Source: Planctomycetia bacterium (lineage in GTDB: Bacteria; Planctomycetota; Planctomycetia; JALXBF01; JBGPMX01). From it: 64,000 nucleotides of DNA. The translations under genes and the position numbers were made by a program. Of this stretch, positions 36,901 to 47,455 are shown piece by piece (positions within the stretch are counted from its first letter, which is position 1; every line of letters begins with the position of its first letter). The DNA is taken from positions 10,155 to 74,154 of the forward strand of contig DAIOWH010000007.1 of assembly GCA_036758585.1 (NCBI GenBank). The letters run 5' to 3'. A model generated the notes under the pieces. It saw only the letters and a list, made by a program, of their open reading frames with translations. It was not told the origin of the DNA and did not search any database.

Positions 36901-39900
36901 TAGCTGCCGCTGGCGGTGTACTCGAAGCAGAAATTGCCGCTGGCGGTGAGCGTATAGCCCGGTCCGCTCTCCGCGTGACTGAACGTCGAGCACAGTGACT
37001 CTGATTCACTGAACGTGCCCGATGTGTCGCCGCCGCTCGTGGTGGTGCTCGACGTGGTCGTCACGGTCGCGGTCGACGAGTAGCTGCCGCCGCCGGAGCT
37101 GGTGCCGCTCCGTGACACCGTGGTCGCGCCGCTGTGACTCGACTCGGCCGGCACGCTGGGTTGGGCAGTCACGGCCAAGGCCGTGGCCGTGACCGGACTG
37201 GCCGCCCCGCCCGGCGCACTCACCTCGGACGCGGCCAGCGGCGAATAGCTGGCGTTGCCCAGCGTGATCGTGGCGTCGCCGCCGGGCCTGCCGGCGCTGT
37301 CGTTGAACGTGCCCACCGCGACGGCCACCGCCAGTTCATACGCCTCGACAGCCCCTGTCGCAAACGCGTCCTCCGGGCCGCCGGCCGGCCCACCCGCCTC
37401 GAGCGTAAAGCTCACGCTCGCCCAATCGCCGGTCGTCTCCGCCGCCTGGCCAAAGTCCCGCGCCTTGGCCCGCGCCCGGATGGTGACCGATCCCAGACTC
37501 AGTCCCTGCGGCTCATAGCTGAACTTCCCCTGATAATCGGTGATCGTCGAGCCGTCGGGCGTGCCATCGGCGTTGTGGTCGAACTCGACGACCATGTGCA
37601 ACAGTCCGCCGTCGTTCGTCGCCTGGCCCGCGAGCGTGGCGTCGCTGGTGACGCCGTCGTCCGCCGCGGCCCCGTTGTCGTTTTTCAGGGCCAGAGTCGT
37701 CACCGCCGGCGGAGCGTCCTGGCTCAAGTCGAGCGTAAAGTCGAACGTGGTCCAGGCGCTGGCCAAGTCAACGGCCGACGCCGCACCCTGGCCCTCGCCC
37801 CAGAGAGGCGAGCGAGAGAGTTCGACGACGCGAACGTGCATCGCGACTGCGCCGTCGGCCAGTGCTTCGGGTGTGTACAGGAACCGGCCCTGCGCGTCCG
37901 CCACGGCCGAGCCGTCCGGTGCGCCGTCGCCGTTGTGGTCGAACTCCACGTGCAACCCCGCCCGTTCGCCGTCGTTGGTCGCGCTGCCGATCAGCCGCGG
38001 ATCGCGCGTCGCCTTGTCGGTCGCCGACGCGCCCGTATCAAACAACAGCGCCAGGCCGGTCAGCGTCGGCGCCAGATCGGCCGCCGCATCCAGCGTGAAG
38101 CTCAGACTTGCCCACGCCCCAAAGATGTGCGTGTTCTGGGCGGCGTCCCACTCGCGCACGCGAGCACGCATCGTGACCGATCCCGCAGCCACGTTCGGGG
38201 CGGCATAAACGAACGAGCCGCCCTCCCCGGTGTACACGTGCCCGTCGGCCACGCCGTCGCCGTCGTGGTCGAACTCCACCTGCAGATTCGCCGCGTTGCC
38301 GTCGTTGGTCACAGTTCCCGCAAGCCGCGGGTCGCTCGTGACCCCGTCGCTCGCGGAACTGCCCGTGTCGTACTTCAGGCCGAGCGTCGCGACCTCGGCC
38401 GCCTCGTTCGGATCAAAGGCCAGCGTGAAGCTGAAGCTCGTCCAGGCGCTCGCCAGTTCCGGGCCGCTTGCCGCCGATCCCTGACCCGGAGTCTCTACCA
38501 CACGCGCTCGGAGCGTCGCGGGTCCGGCGACCAGCCCGACCGGAATGTACCAGAAGCCGCCATCGCCCGACGTCAGGACCGACGCCTCCGCCACGCCGTC
38601 CGCATTCTGATCGAATTCGACCCGCAAGCCCGCCCGATTGCCTTCGTTGCTCGCCGAGCCGACAATCGCCGGGTCGCTTGTGACCGCGTCGCTCGCCGAC
38701 GCGCCCGTGTCGCGAACGAGCGCGATCGACGTGACCGCCGGCGCCAGGTCTTCATCCAGGTCGAGCGTGAAGTTAAGCGTTGTCCACTGGCCGTAGACGT
38801 AGGCCGCTTGGCCTGGGTCCCACTCGCGGGCGCGGGCGCGTACCGTCGCGGTCCCCTCGACCAGCCCGGTGGGCCGATACTGAAACGACCCGTCGGCACT
38901 CGACCGGACTGATCCGTCGGCGAACCCGTCGCCGTTGTGGTCGAACTCGACCAACACCCGATCAACGTGTCCGTTGTCGGTCACCGAACCGTGCAAGCCC
39001 GCGTCGCTCGTGACCGCGTCGCTGGCCGACGCACCCGTATCGTAATCGAGGCCCAGAGTCGCCACGGTCGGCGCCGTGTTGGTCGCGTCCGCTTGCAGGG
39101 TGTAGCTCAGCGTGACCCACTCGCCGAACAGGTACGCCTCGCGTGAGTCGTCCCACTCGCCGGCCCGCGCCTTCAGCGTCACCGCGCCCGCAGCCAGACC
39201 CTCGCCGCCGTACACAAACTTGCCCGACCAATCCGGCCGCACTGTTTCATTGGCGACGCCGTCGTTGTTGTGATCGAACTCGACGATGAGACGACCGCGT
39301 AGATCGACATTGGCGACGCTGCCGCCGGCGGCTGGGTCGGTCGTAACGCCATCGCTCGCCGATTCGCCCGTGTCGCGCGCCAGGCCCAGATCGACAACAC
39401 GCGGCAACAGGCTTGGGTCCACCGGTGGATCCGCCGGTTTCGCTTCCAGCGTGATCTTCAGCGCGACCCAATCGCCCGACCGCGTTTGTTGGGTCGCGGC
39501 GTCTGTTTCGGTCGCCCGCGCCTTGATCGTTACCTCACCCAAGGGCAAACCTTCGGGCAGATACACAAAACGGCCCGCGGTGTCGGTCTGTGTGGTTCCG
39601 TCCGGTTCGCCGTCGCCGTTGTGGTCGAATTCGACCGTTCGGTCCAACAGGCCGTCGTCGTTCGCGATGGAACCGATCAGGCTCGCGTCCCACGTGGCCT
39701 TATCGCTGGCGGAGCTTCCCCTGTCGTTCAGCAGCCGCACCTTGAACACCTCCGGAGTCAGGTTGGCAGGTCCTGCCTCCAGGGTGAACGTCAACGACGC
39801 CCAGGCACCGAAGCGGTATGACGCAGCGCTGGTGAGGCGCTCGCCCGCCCGTGCCCTGATCGTCGCCGCGCCGGCCGCGAGTCCCTGTGGCGTGTACACG

Positions 39901-42900
39901 AAGTCGCCCTCCGCGTCGGTTGTCACGTACGCCTCGGCGAACCCGTCGCCGTTGTGGTCGAATTCGACGCGAAGTTGATCCACTCCGTCGTCGTTCGTCG
40001 CCGACCCGCGCACACGCGGATCGGGCGTCACGCCGTCGATCGTCGATTCGCCACCGTCTTTGAACAACTCCAGTGACGCGACCGCGGGCGCGTCGTCGGT
40101 GTTGCCTGCATCCAAGGTGAAGCTGAAGCTGATCCACGCGCCCGCGAGTTCCTGACCACTGACCATTGCGGACTGATCGCCGCCTTCGACGGCCCGCGCT
40201 TGAATGGTCACGACGCCGACCGCCAGCCCGTCGGGCGAGTATCGGAATTGCCCCTGAGAGTCCGTCGTCGTGCTGCCGTCCACGAATCCATCGCCATTCT
40301 GATCGAACTCCACCGTCAACCCCGCCAGTTCGCCGTCGTCGCCGACCAGGCCCACGAGCCGCGGATCGGTCGTGACGCCGTCGCTCGTCGACTCGCCGGT
40401 GTCGTCGAACAGGCCAATCGTCGCCACGACAGGCGGCAGATTGGCCGACTGGTCCAGCGTGAAGCTGAGCGGGGTCCAGGCACCCGCCAGGTCGAACAGC
40501 CCCGGCACCCATTCGCGGGCGCGAACCTGCACCGTGGTTTCACCGTCCACCACACCCGGCGGTGCATACGCGAACTTCCCCTGGTCGTCCGTGCGCGTCA
40601 CACCCTCGGCTCGCCCGTCGCCGTTCGTGTCGAACTCAATCAGCAAGTCGGCCGATTGGCCGTCGTTCGTGGCCGTTCCGGCAATCGTCGCGTCGTGTGT
40701 GACCAGGTCGCTGGACGATTCGCCGGTGTCGTACTTCAACCTCAGGTCGGTCAAACCCGGCGGCAGGTTCGCGGCGGCGTCGAGTGTGAATGTCAGAGTC
40801 GTCCATGGGCCGAACAGGTGCAGGAACCGCTCGGGGTTCCACTCGCCGGCCCTGGCCCGCAACGTGACCGGGCCATCGACCAGACTCTGGGGCCGATACG
40901 CAAACTCTCCCGCTAGCCCGGTGTACTCGATCCCTTCGGCCACGCCGTCGCCGTCGTGGTCGATTTGCACCAGCAAGTTCAGCAAGCTGCCGTCGTCGCC
41001 CACGACCCCCGATACTCGTGAGTCGCCCGTGATCGCGTCGTCGGCCGACGTGCCGGTGTCATGAACCAACACAAACTCGGTCACTTGCGGTAGTGCGTTG
41101 TTCGGATCGTCCACCAGAGTAAAGTCGACGGCCATCCACGCGCCGTACGTGAACGTCGCCCGGCCGTAGAGCAGTTCGCGGGCCCGTGCCTGTATGGTGA
41201 TCGCGCCCGTGGTGAGTCCGTTGGGCAGGTACCAGAAATCCCCGTCCGGATTGGTGTAGGCCGAGCCGTCGGCGACGCCGTCGCCGTTGTGGTCGAACTC
41301 GACAAGCACGCCCCGCGAGCCGCGTCGTTCGTTACCGACCCGGTCACTCGCGGATCGGTCGTCACGAAGTCCGTTTCCGTTTCCAGCGTGTCACGAAACA
41401 GCTCGAGCAAGCTCACCTGAGCGGGAAGGTTTGCCGATGTGTCCAGCGTGAAGCTGACCGAAGCCCAGGGGCCGAAAACGTATGCCCCCTGGCCCGGGTC
41501 CCACTCGCGGGCACGGGCCTGCACCGTCGTCGGACCATCGGCCAACCCCTCTGGGACGTAGGTGAAGTTGCCTTCGATATCCGTGTTCGCGGCGCCGTTC
41601 GCAGCGCCGTCGCCGTCGTGGTCGAATTCGACGAGCAGTTGAAAGACATCGCCGTCGTTCGTCACCACGCCGGTAAACGTGGGATCGGCCGTGACGCCGT
41701 CGCTATCTGAAACGCCCGTATCGGCCACAAGGCGAAGACCCGTGACCTGCGGCGGCGCGTTCATCGCCGAGGCCAAGAGGGTAAACGACAGCGAATTCCA
41801 GGTGCCGGGGACCGCTGCCGCGTTGCCGGTGGGCTCGCGCACCGCCCGCGCCCCGATCGTCACCGCGCCGGCTAGCACGCCGTCCGGACGATAGGAAAAG
41901 CTCCCTTGCGAATCGCTTCGGGTCGATCCGTCCACCCGGCCGTCCGCGTCGTGATCGAACTCGACGAGCACAAAGCTGATCGACCCCGCGTCCGCCACGG
42001 AACCGGCGACGGTCGGGTCGGTCGTAATCAGGTCTGTCGTCGACTCGCCGGTGTCCCGCTTCAGTCGAAGCCCTCGACTCGCGGACCCTGATCGTCCCCA
42101 GCTTGGTCCGCCAGCGTGAAACTCACGCTGGTCCAGTCGCCAAACCGCTGCTCGTCCACGATCAAGTCCCATACGCCCGCCCGACCGCTGATCGTTACAG
42201 GTCCCGCGGGCAATCCCACCGGGCTATAGCTGAACCGGCCCTGGTAATCCGTCGTCGTCGTCCCTTCCACCGCGCCGTCGCCGTTGTGATCGAATTCGAT
42301 CGTGATCCCAAACACGTCGCCGGCGTACACAACCGAACCTGAAAGCGAAGGATTCGTCGTAACGCCGTCCGAGCCGGACTCGCCGGTGTCGTTCGACAGC
42401 CGCAACTCGTTCACCGTCGGTGCGGCCAGCGACGGCTGCTCGTACGTGAAGCTGAACGCGGTCCAAACGCCCGCGATGAAGGCCTGCGTCGCCACGTCCC
42501 ATTCGCTTGCCCGGGCGTAGATCGTTACTGGACCGGGCGTGATGCCCGTCGGCTGGTAGGTGAACGCTCCCTCGGAGCCGGTCACGCTCGTCCCCTCGGC
42601 GACGCCGTCGCCATCGTGGTCAAACTCCACCTCCAGTCCACCCACCGGGCCGTCGTTCGTTACCAGACCGAACAGCAGAGGATCGGACGTGACCAGGTCG
42701 CTGTTCGTCGCGCCGTCGTCGTTCACCAACTGCAGCGTCTGCACCTGCGGCGGCACGGCCGGTTCCAGCGTGAAGCTGAACGACGCCCAGTCGCCATACG
42801 CCACTTCGCCCAGTCCCGGGTCCCACTCGCCGGCCCGTGCCCGCACCGTCACCGGGCCAAATGGCAGCCCAGCCGGCGCGTAGCTGAAGCTGCCGTCCAG

Positions 42901-43554
42901 CGTCGTGAGCGTAGACCCGTCGGCGACGCCGTCGCCGTCGTGGTCGAACTGCACTTCCAAACTGTCCAGATAGCCGTCATCCGAGACTTGGCCGGTCAGC
43001 GTGGGGTCGCTCGTCACGCCATCGTCGCTGAACGATCCGGTGTCGTTTGCCAATCCCAAGCTAGTCACACTCGGCCGCTGGAGTTCCAAGGTGAACGTCA
43101 GTGGAACCCACGCTCCGTGGATGCATTCACTGAGAACATCGTCCCACTCCTTGGCCCGCGCCTGGATGGTCACCGGACCCGGTGAAAGTCCGAAGGGCGA
43201 GTATGTGAAGCTGCCGTCTGTACCGACCATCTCGGTCCCTTCGGCAACGCCGTCTCCGTCGTGGTCGAACTCCACCTGGAGGCCGTCGAGCGGCCCGTCG
43301 TTCGTCACCGAACCGGTGACCGAAGGATTCGTCGTGATGCCGTCCGTCGCCGACTCGCCCGTGTCGCTCACGAGTTGCAGCGTCGCCACTTCGGGCGGCA
43401 ACCCAGCGTCCAGTACCAGTCGTTGCTCCAGGCTCTCCAAGATCAGTTCGCGGCGTGGACGTGACGAGCGGGTCTTGGCTTGCCTATCGCCGAAATGCCA
43501 CAAACGGTGGATGGTTGCTCCCGCAGATCGACGACCGAGTGCGCGCAGTTTCAT
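33939..43554 (-). CDS. Giant secreted repeat protein (about 3,200 aa if joined; ORFs 42061-43554, about 41310-42070 and 33939-41309, separated by two 1-nt frameshifts)
   Basis: RRELILESLEQRLVL planctomycete export motif; 18 repeats of about 110 aa with DTG.S..DG.T.DP and FDHxGDG; long Ser/Gly/Thr-rich C-terminal region; GGAGGT RBS before ATG 43554. Confidence 0.85.
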
Positions 43555-43824
43555 CGCTGGAACCTCCACGAGATGGCCGGAAACCGGCCGGTAGATTCAC
43601 CGCCCGCGTCTTTGACCTGTTCCAGACTTTGTCAGTCGCCTCTATAGCTAAACCGCTCGAAACGGCGGCTTGTTGCATGAAATCTTTCCGATATGAAGAG
43701 ATTTTTGCTCGTCGCAACCCAACCCGATACTCGGCCGAGTAGTACGCCTGGACGGTTTTGTTCTGAGCAGCCCCTCCGACCAGTCGTCAGGTGTGCGCGA
43801 CGCGCTTTGCAACCAGCGACCCAA

Positions 43825-43922
43825 ACCCCTCACCCCGGCCCTCTCCCCAAAGAGGAGAGGGAGAATCCAAGCACGCGCGCTTTTCTCCCTCTCCCTTTGG
43901 GGAGAGGGCCGGGGTGAGGGGT
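43825..43922. repeat. REP-like long hairpin (CCCTCACCCCGGCCCTCTCCC family)
   Basis: About 40-bp near-perfect inverted repeat, 43825-43865 versus 43883-43922. Confidence 0.85.
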
Positions 43923-43973
43923 CCGCAAAGTGCGTCGCGCAACCGGCGCGGGCCAAACCGTCGTCAGCCGCGA

Positions 43974-44699
43974 TCATGACTGGTCGACTTCGAGGTGCGC
44001 GAGCGGCCGGTCGAATTCGTGGCCGCTGAGCAGATTGATCTTCGCCCGAAGGATGCCAAGCATGCGATGTAGGCGGCTTCTCACCGCCTGTTCCGACAGT
44101 CCGAGCCGCGCGGCGATCTGCGGAGGACTCATACCCACAATCCAGCGCAGCCGCACCACGTCAAAGTTCGTCTTCGACACTTCCCCTCGAAGTTGCGACA
44201 GGCATACGCGAACCAGTTCCACCTCAAATGCTTGTTCGCTCGCGACCGTGGGGTCGAGGCGTGGATCGACCGGCTCCCGCTCAGTCCCCTCGATTTCCGA
44301 GAGACTACGGGTGGGATGACGCGAACAATGGCGGCTATGGTCTCTGGTCTCGCTGTGCACCAACAGAAACAACCAGCGTCGAAAGCTGCCCGCGCCACTC
44401 CGTTGGAACGGCGGTAGTTTCGTGATGACCCGGACAAGCACGTTCTGGACGCAATCGTCCAGGTCTTGCGGCCGCACACCGAGCCGGCTGGCGTAACGAC
44501 GGATTGTGGGCGTGTAGGCGTCGTAGAAGACCTGAAAGGCAGAATCGACGATGGAGTCGGGCGCCACGCCGGCAATCGCATGACGCAGCGCCGCCTGCGT
44601 GTTGCGGATCACGTCGCCGTCCCTGTCGTCGTCATCGTCGCAGTCGGGCGACGGGACCTCGCTGCGTGCCACGGTGCTACCCCCGAAGCGGGTCGGCAT
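43974..44699 (-). CDS. ECF sigma-70 family RNA polymerase sigma factor
   Basis: Region 2 AFQVFYDAY.P.I..., DLDDCVQ, SFRRWLF; region 4 GMSPPQIAARLGLSEQAVRSRLHR. Confidence 0.88.
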   Translation of the reverse strand: MPTRFGGSTVARSEVPSPDCDDDDDRDGDVIRNTQAALRHAIAGVAPDSIVDSAFQVFYDAYTPTIRRYASRLGVRPQDLDDCVQNVLVRVITKLPPFQRSGAGSFRRWLFLLVHSETRDHSRHCSRHPTRSLSEIEGTEREPVDPRLDPTVASEQAFEVELVRVCLSQLRGEVSKTNFDVVRLRWIVGMSPPQIAARLGLSEQAVRSRLHRMLGILRAKINLLSGHEFDRPLAHLEVDQS

Positions 44700-44853
44700 T
44701 CGACGAACAAGTCTACCGTTCGCTCAATCTTGAATCCGCCATTCGACAAGGCCAGATTGGTTCTGTTTACGGCTCAGCGCTCGGCGAGTTCGCTTGGGGC
44801 AAACACTCCCGTCGGTCGATCCGGCAGGCATGCCTGCTCACGATTCCACTAAA

Positions 44854-45285
44854 CTAAGCCTCGTCCTCGCCCGCGTCATCTTCAGTCGCAGGTGCGGTCG
44901 GCGGTTTCTTTGGCGGCTTCTGAGCCGGCTCGTCTGCTGAGCGCGGGATGACCATCGGCTGATTGCACGACGGACATTTCACGAGTTTCCCACCATACTT
45001 CTTGCGGTCCACGTAAAGCCGCACCTTGCACGACGGGCACAGCACGATCGGCTCGGTCGGCTCGTACGCCCGCGCAGCGCCGGAGCCTTTCGGCGACTCG
45101 ACCATCTGCTTCAGCGCGCCGGGGCTGATCATCATGGAATCGCCGGCGGTTGAAGTGGGCAGGGCCGCCAAGCGGTGGACCGCCCCGCAACCGGGACATT
45201 GCACGCGGCCGTCGGGCGGCCTGGCGTTGACTTGAAACACGAATTGGCAACTGATGCAACGGACTGTGATCATCTTCTCACTCAC
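44854..45285 (-). CDS. Small protein with two zinc-ribbon domains
   Basis: Four CxxC motifs (CISC, CPGC, CPSC, CPSC) and an acidic/Pro-rich tail. Confidence 0.75.
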   Translation of the reverse strand: MSEKMITVRCISCQFVFQVNARPPDGRVQCPGCGAVHRLAALPTSTAGDSMMISPGALKQMVESPKGSGAARAYEPTEPIVLCPSCKVRLYVDRKKYGGKLVKCPSCNQPMVIPRSADEPAQKPPKKPPTAPATEDDAGEDEA

Positions 45286-45384
45286 TGGCCCGGAATCGCC
45301 AACGCCGGCCGGGCGTAGTATAACGGCTAACCGAGTGCTTCGCGTGGCAAGTTGTCACCAACACCGTGTAGAACCAAGGGCGCG

Positions 45385-47364
45385 ATGATGAACACCCGTT
45401 CCGTGGAAACGCAAGCGATGGACGACCTCTTCGGAAACGGCGCCGACGCACTGTGGGAAGTACAAAGCCAGGCGGCCGGGCCGACGGGCCGATTGCCGCT
45501 GACGGCCGACATGCTGCTGCACTCGCCGAGCGGCGACGTATTTGGGTTCAGTCAGAACGCGGGGATGGGCTGGGACCCCGAAATGCTCACCGGCCGGCAG
45601 TTCCTGATCCTGAGCACGCTGGGCGGGCTACGCGCCGAAGATGGTCGCCCGATCGCGCTCGGCTACCACACCGGGCACTGGGAACTCGGCCTGCTCGTGC
45701 GCGCGGCGGCCGAGGAGTTCAAGAAGCTCAAGTGCATTCCGTTCGCCGGGTACTGTTCCGATCCGTGCGACGGCCGGACTCAAGGGACGACCGGGATGCT
45801 CGACAGTCTGGCCTACCGCAACGACGCGGCCACGGTGCTGCGTCGGCTGATTCGCTCGTTGCCCACCGGTCGCGGCGTACTCGGCGTGGCCACGTGCGAC
45901 AAGGGCCTGCCGGCGATGATGATGGCGCTGGCGGCCATGCGCGACTTGGCCTGCGTGCTTGTGCCGGGCGGTGTGACGCTGCCGCCGACCACAGGCGAGG
46001 ACGCCGGCAAGGTCCAGTCGATCGGCGCACGCTACGCTCACGGAGAGATCTCGCTCGATGAGGCTGCATCGCTCGGTTGCCGCGCTTGCGCGTCGCCGGG
46101 CGGTGGATGCCAGTTTCTCGGTACGGCCGCCACGTCGCAGGTCGTGGGCGAGGCGCTCGGCCTGTCGCTGCCGCACGCCGCACTCGCGCCGTCAGGCCAG
46201 CCGATCTGGCTCGACATGGCGCGGCGTTCCGCTCGGGCGCTCGCGCGACTCGAAGAGCGCCGCATCACGACACGATCCATTCTGACCGACGCCGCGGTGC
46301 GCAACGCAATGACGGTACACGCGGCGTTCGCCGGCTCGACGAACCTGCTGCTGCACGTGCCCGCGATCGCGTTCTCGGCGGGCCTGCGGCGACCGACCGT
46401 CGAAGATTGGCAAGCGATCAACGCACGGGTGCCGCGACTGGTGGACGTGCTGCCCAACGGCCCTGTCGGTCATCCGACCGTGCGCGTCTTTCTGGCCGGC
46501 GGCGTTCCCGAGGTGATGTTGCATCTGCGCCGACTGAACCTACTCGAACTCGACGCGTTGTCAGTCTCGGGCGAGCCGCTCGGCCGCGTGCTCGATCTGT
46601 GGGAACAGTCCGAACGCCGCACGCGCCTGCGCGACCTGCTGCGCTCGCGCGACGGCGTCGATCCCGACGACGTGATCATGGACCCCACCCGCGCCGCCGA
46701 ACGCGGCCTGACCAGCACCATCACATTCCCGCGCGGCAATCTCGCGCCCCAGGGCGCGGTGATCAAGAGCACCGCGATCGATCCGGCGGTCGTCGACGCC
46801 GACGGCGTGTATCGCAAGACCGGCCCGGCCCGCGTGTTCACCAGCGAGCACGCCGCCGTGCAGGCGATCAAGAGTCATGGTCCCAACCAGGTGAAGCCCG
46901 GCGACATCATCGTGCTCATCTGTGCTGGGCCGCTCGGTTCGGGAATGGAAGAGATCTATCAAGTCACGTCGGCACTCAAACACCTGTCGTTCGGCAAGCA
47001 GATTGCGCTGGTGAGCGACGCTCGGTTCAGCGGCGTCTCGACCGGCGCGTGCATCGGACACGTCGGCCCCGAGGCGCTCGCCGGCGGACCGATTGGCAAG
47101 GTCGAGGACGGCGACATGATCGAGATCATCGTCGATCGCGAGCGACTCGTCGGCTCGGTGAATCTCGTCGGCGCGGCCGGCCGGCGCTTCTCGGCCGATG
47201 AGGGCGTCCGCGTGCTGGCCGCGCGTCCGCCGCGAGCCGACCTCGCCGCACACCCGGCCCTGCCCGACGACACGCGTCTCTGGGCCGTCTTGCAGCAGAT
47301 TGGCGGCGGCACCTGGGGCGGCTGTGTGTACGACGTCGACGCGATCATCCGGAAGCTGAGTTGA
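45385..47364 (+). CDS. yjhG: YjhG/YagF family D-xylonate dehydratase (IlvD/Edd family)
   Basis: [45 protein letters not shown] and [10 protein letters not shown] motifs; exact start uncertain. Confidence 0.88.
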   Translation: MMNTRSVETQAMDDLFGNGADALWEVQSQAAGPTGRLPLTADMLLHSPSGDVFGFSQNAGMGWDPEMLTGRQFLILSTLGGLRAEDGRPIALGYHTGHWELGLLVRAAAEEFKKLKCIPFAGYCSDPCDGRTQGTTGMLDSLAYRNDAATVLRRLIRSLPTGRGVLGVATCDKGLPAMMMALAAMRDLACVLVPGGVTLPPTTGEDAGKVQSIGARYAHGEISLDEAASLGCRACASPGGGCQFLGTAATSQVVGEALGLSLPHAALAPSGQPIWLDMARRSARALARLEERRITTRSILTDAAVRNAMTVHAAFAGSTNLLLHVPAIAFSAGLRRPTVEDWQAINARVPRLVDVLPNGPVGHPTVRVFLAGGVPEVMLHLRRLNLLELDALSVSGEPLGRVLDLWEQSERRTRLRDLLRSRDGVDPDDVIMDPTRAAERGLTSTITFPRGNLAPQGAVIKSTAIDPAVVDADGVYRKTGPARVFTSEHAAVQAIKSHGPNQVKPGDIIVLICAGPLGSGMEEIYQVTSALKHLSFGKQIALVSDARFSGVSTGACIGHVGPEALAGGPIGKVEDGDMIEIIVDRERLVGSVNLVGAAGRRFSADEGVRVLAARPPRADLAAHPALPDDTRLWAVLQQIGGGTWGGCVYDVDAIIRKLS

Positions 47365-47455
47365 AGGAGTTGGCAGAGTTGAAGGAGTTGAGGGAGTTGA
47401 GCAAGCACGTTCTGGCCCATTCAACTCCTTCAGCTTCTTCAACCCTGCCAACTCA
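47361..47455. repeat. Nonamer (TTGAAGGAG)x4 inverted element between convergent genes; possible bidirectional terminator
   Basis: Four units at 47361-47396 and four complementary units at 47420-47455. Confidence 0.65.

Noticed and set aside
34407-38912. Long plus-strand ORFs (706 aa and 592 aa) opposite the giant gene
   Set aside because: Antisense shadow ORFs expected from GC-rich codon bias; no motifs
37395-43400. Recurring GTCGCCGTTGTGGTCGAACTC-like DNA motifs as a CRISPR array
   Set aside because: They recur at about 330-bp spacing, vary at synonymous positions and encode the FDHxGDG protein repeat; no cas genes
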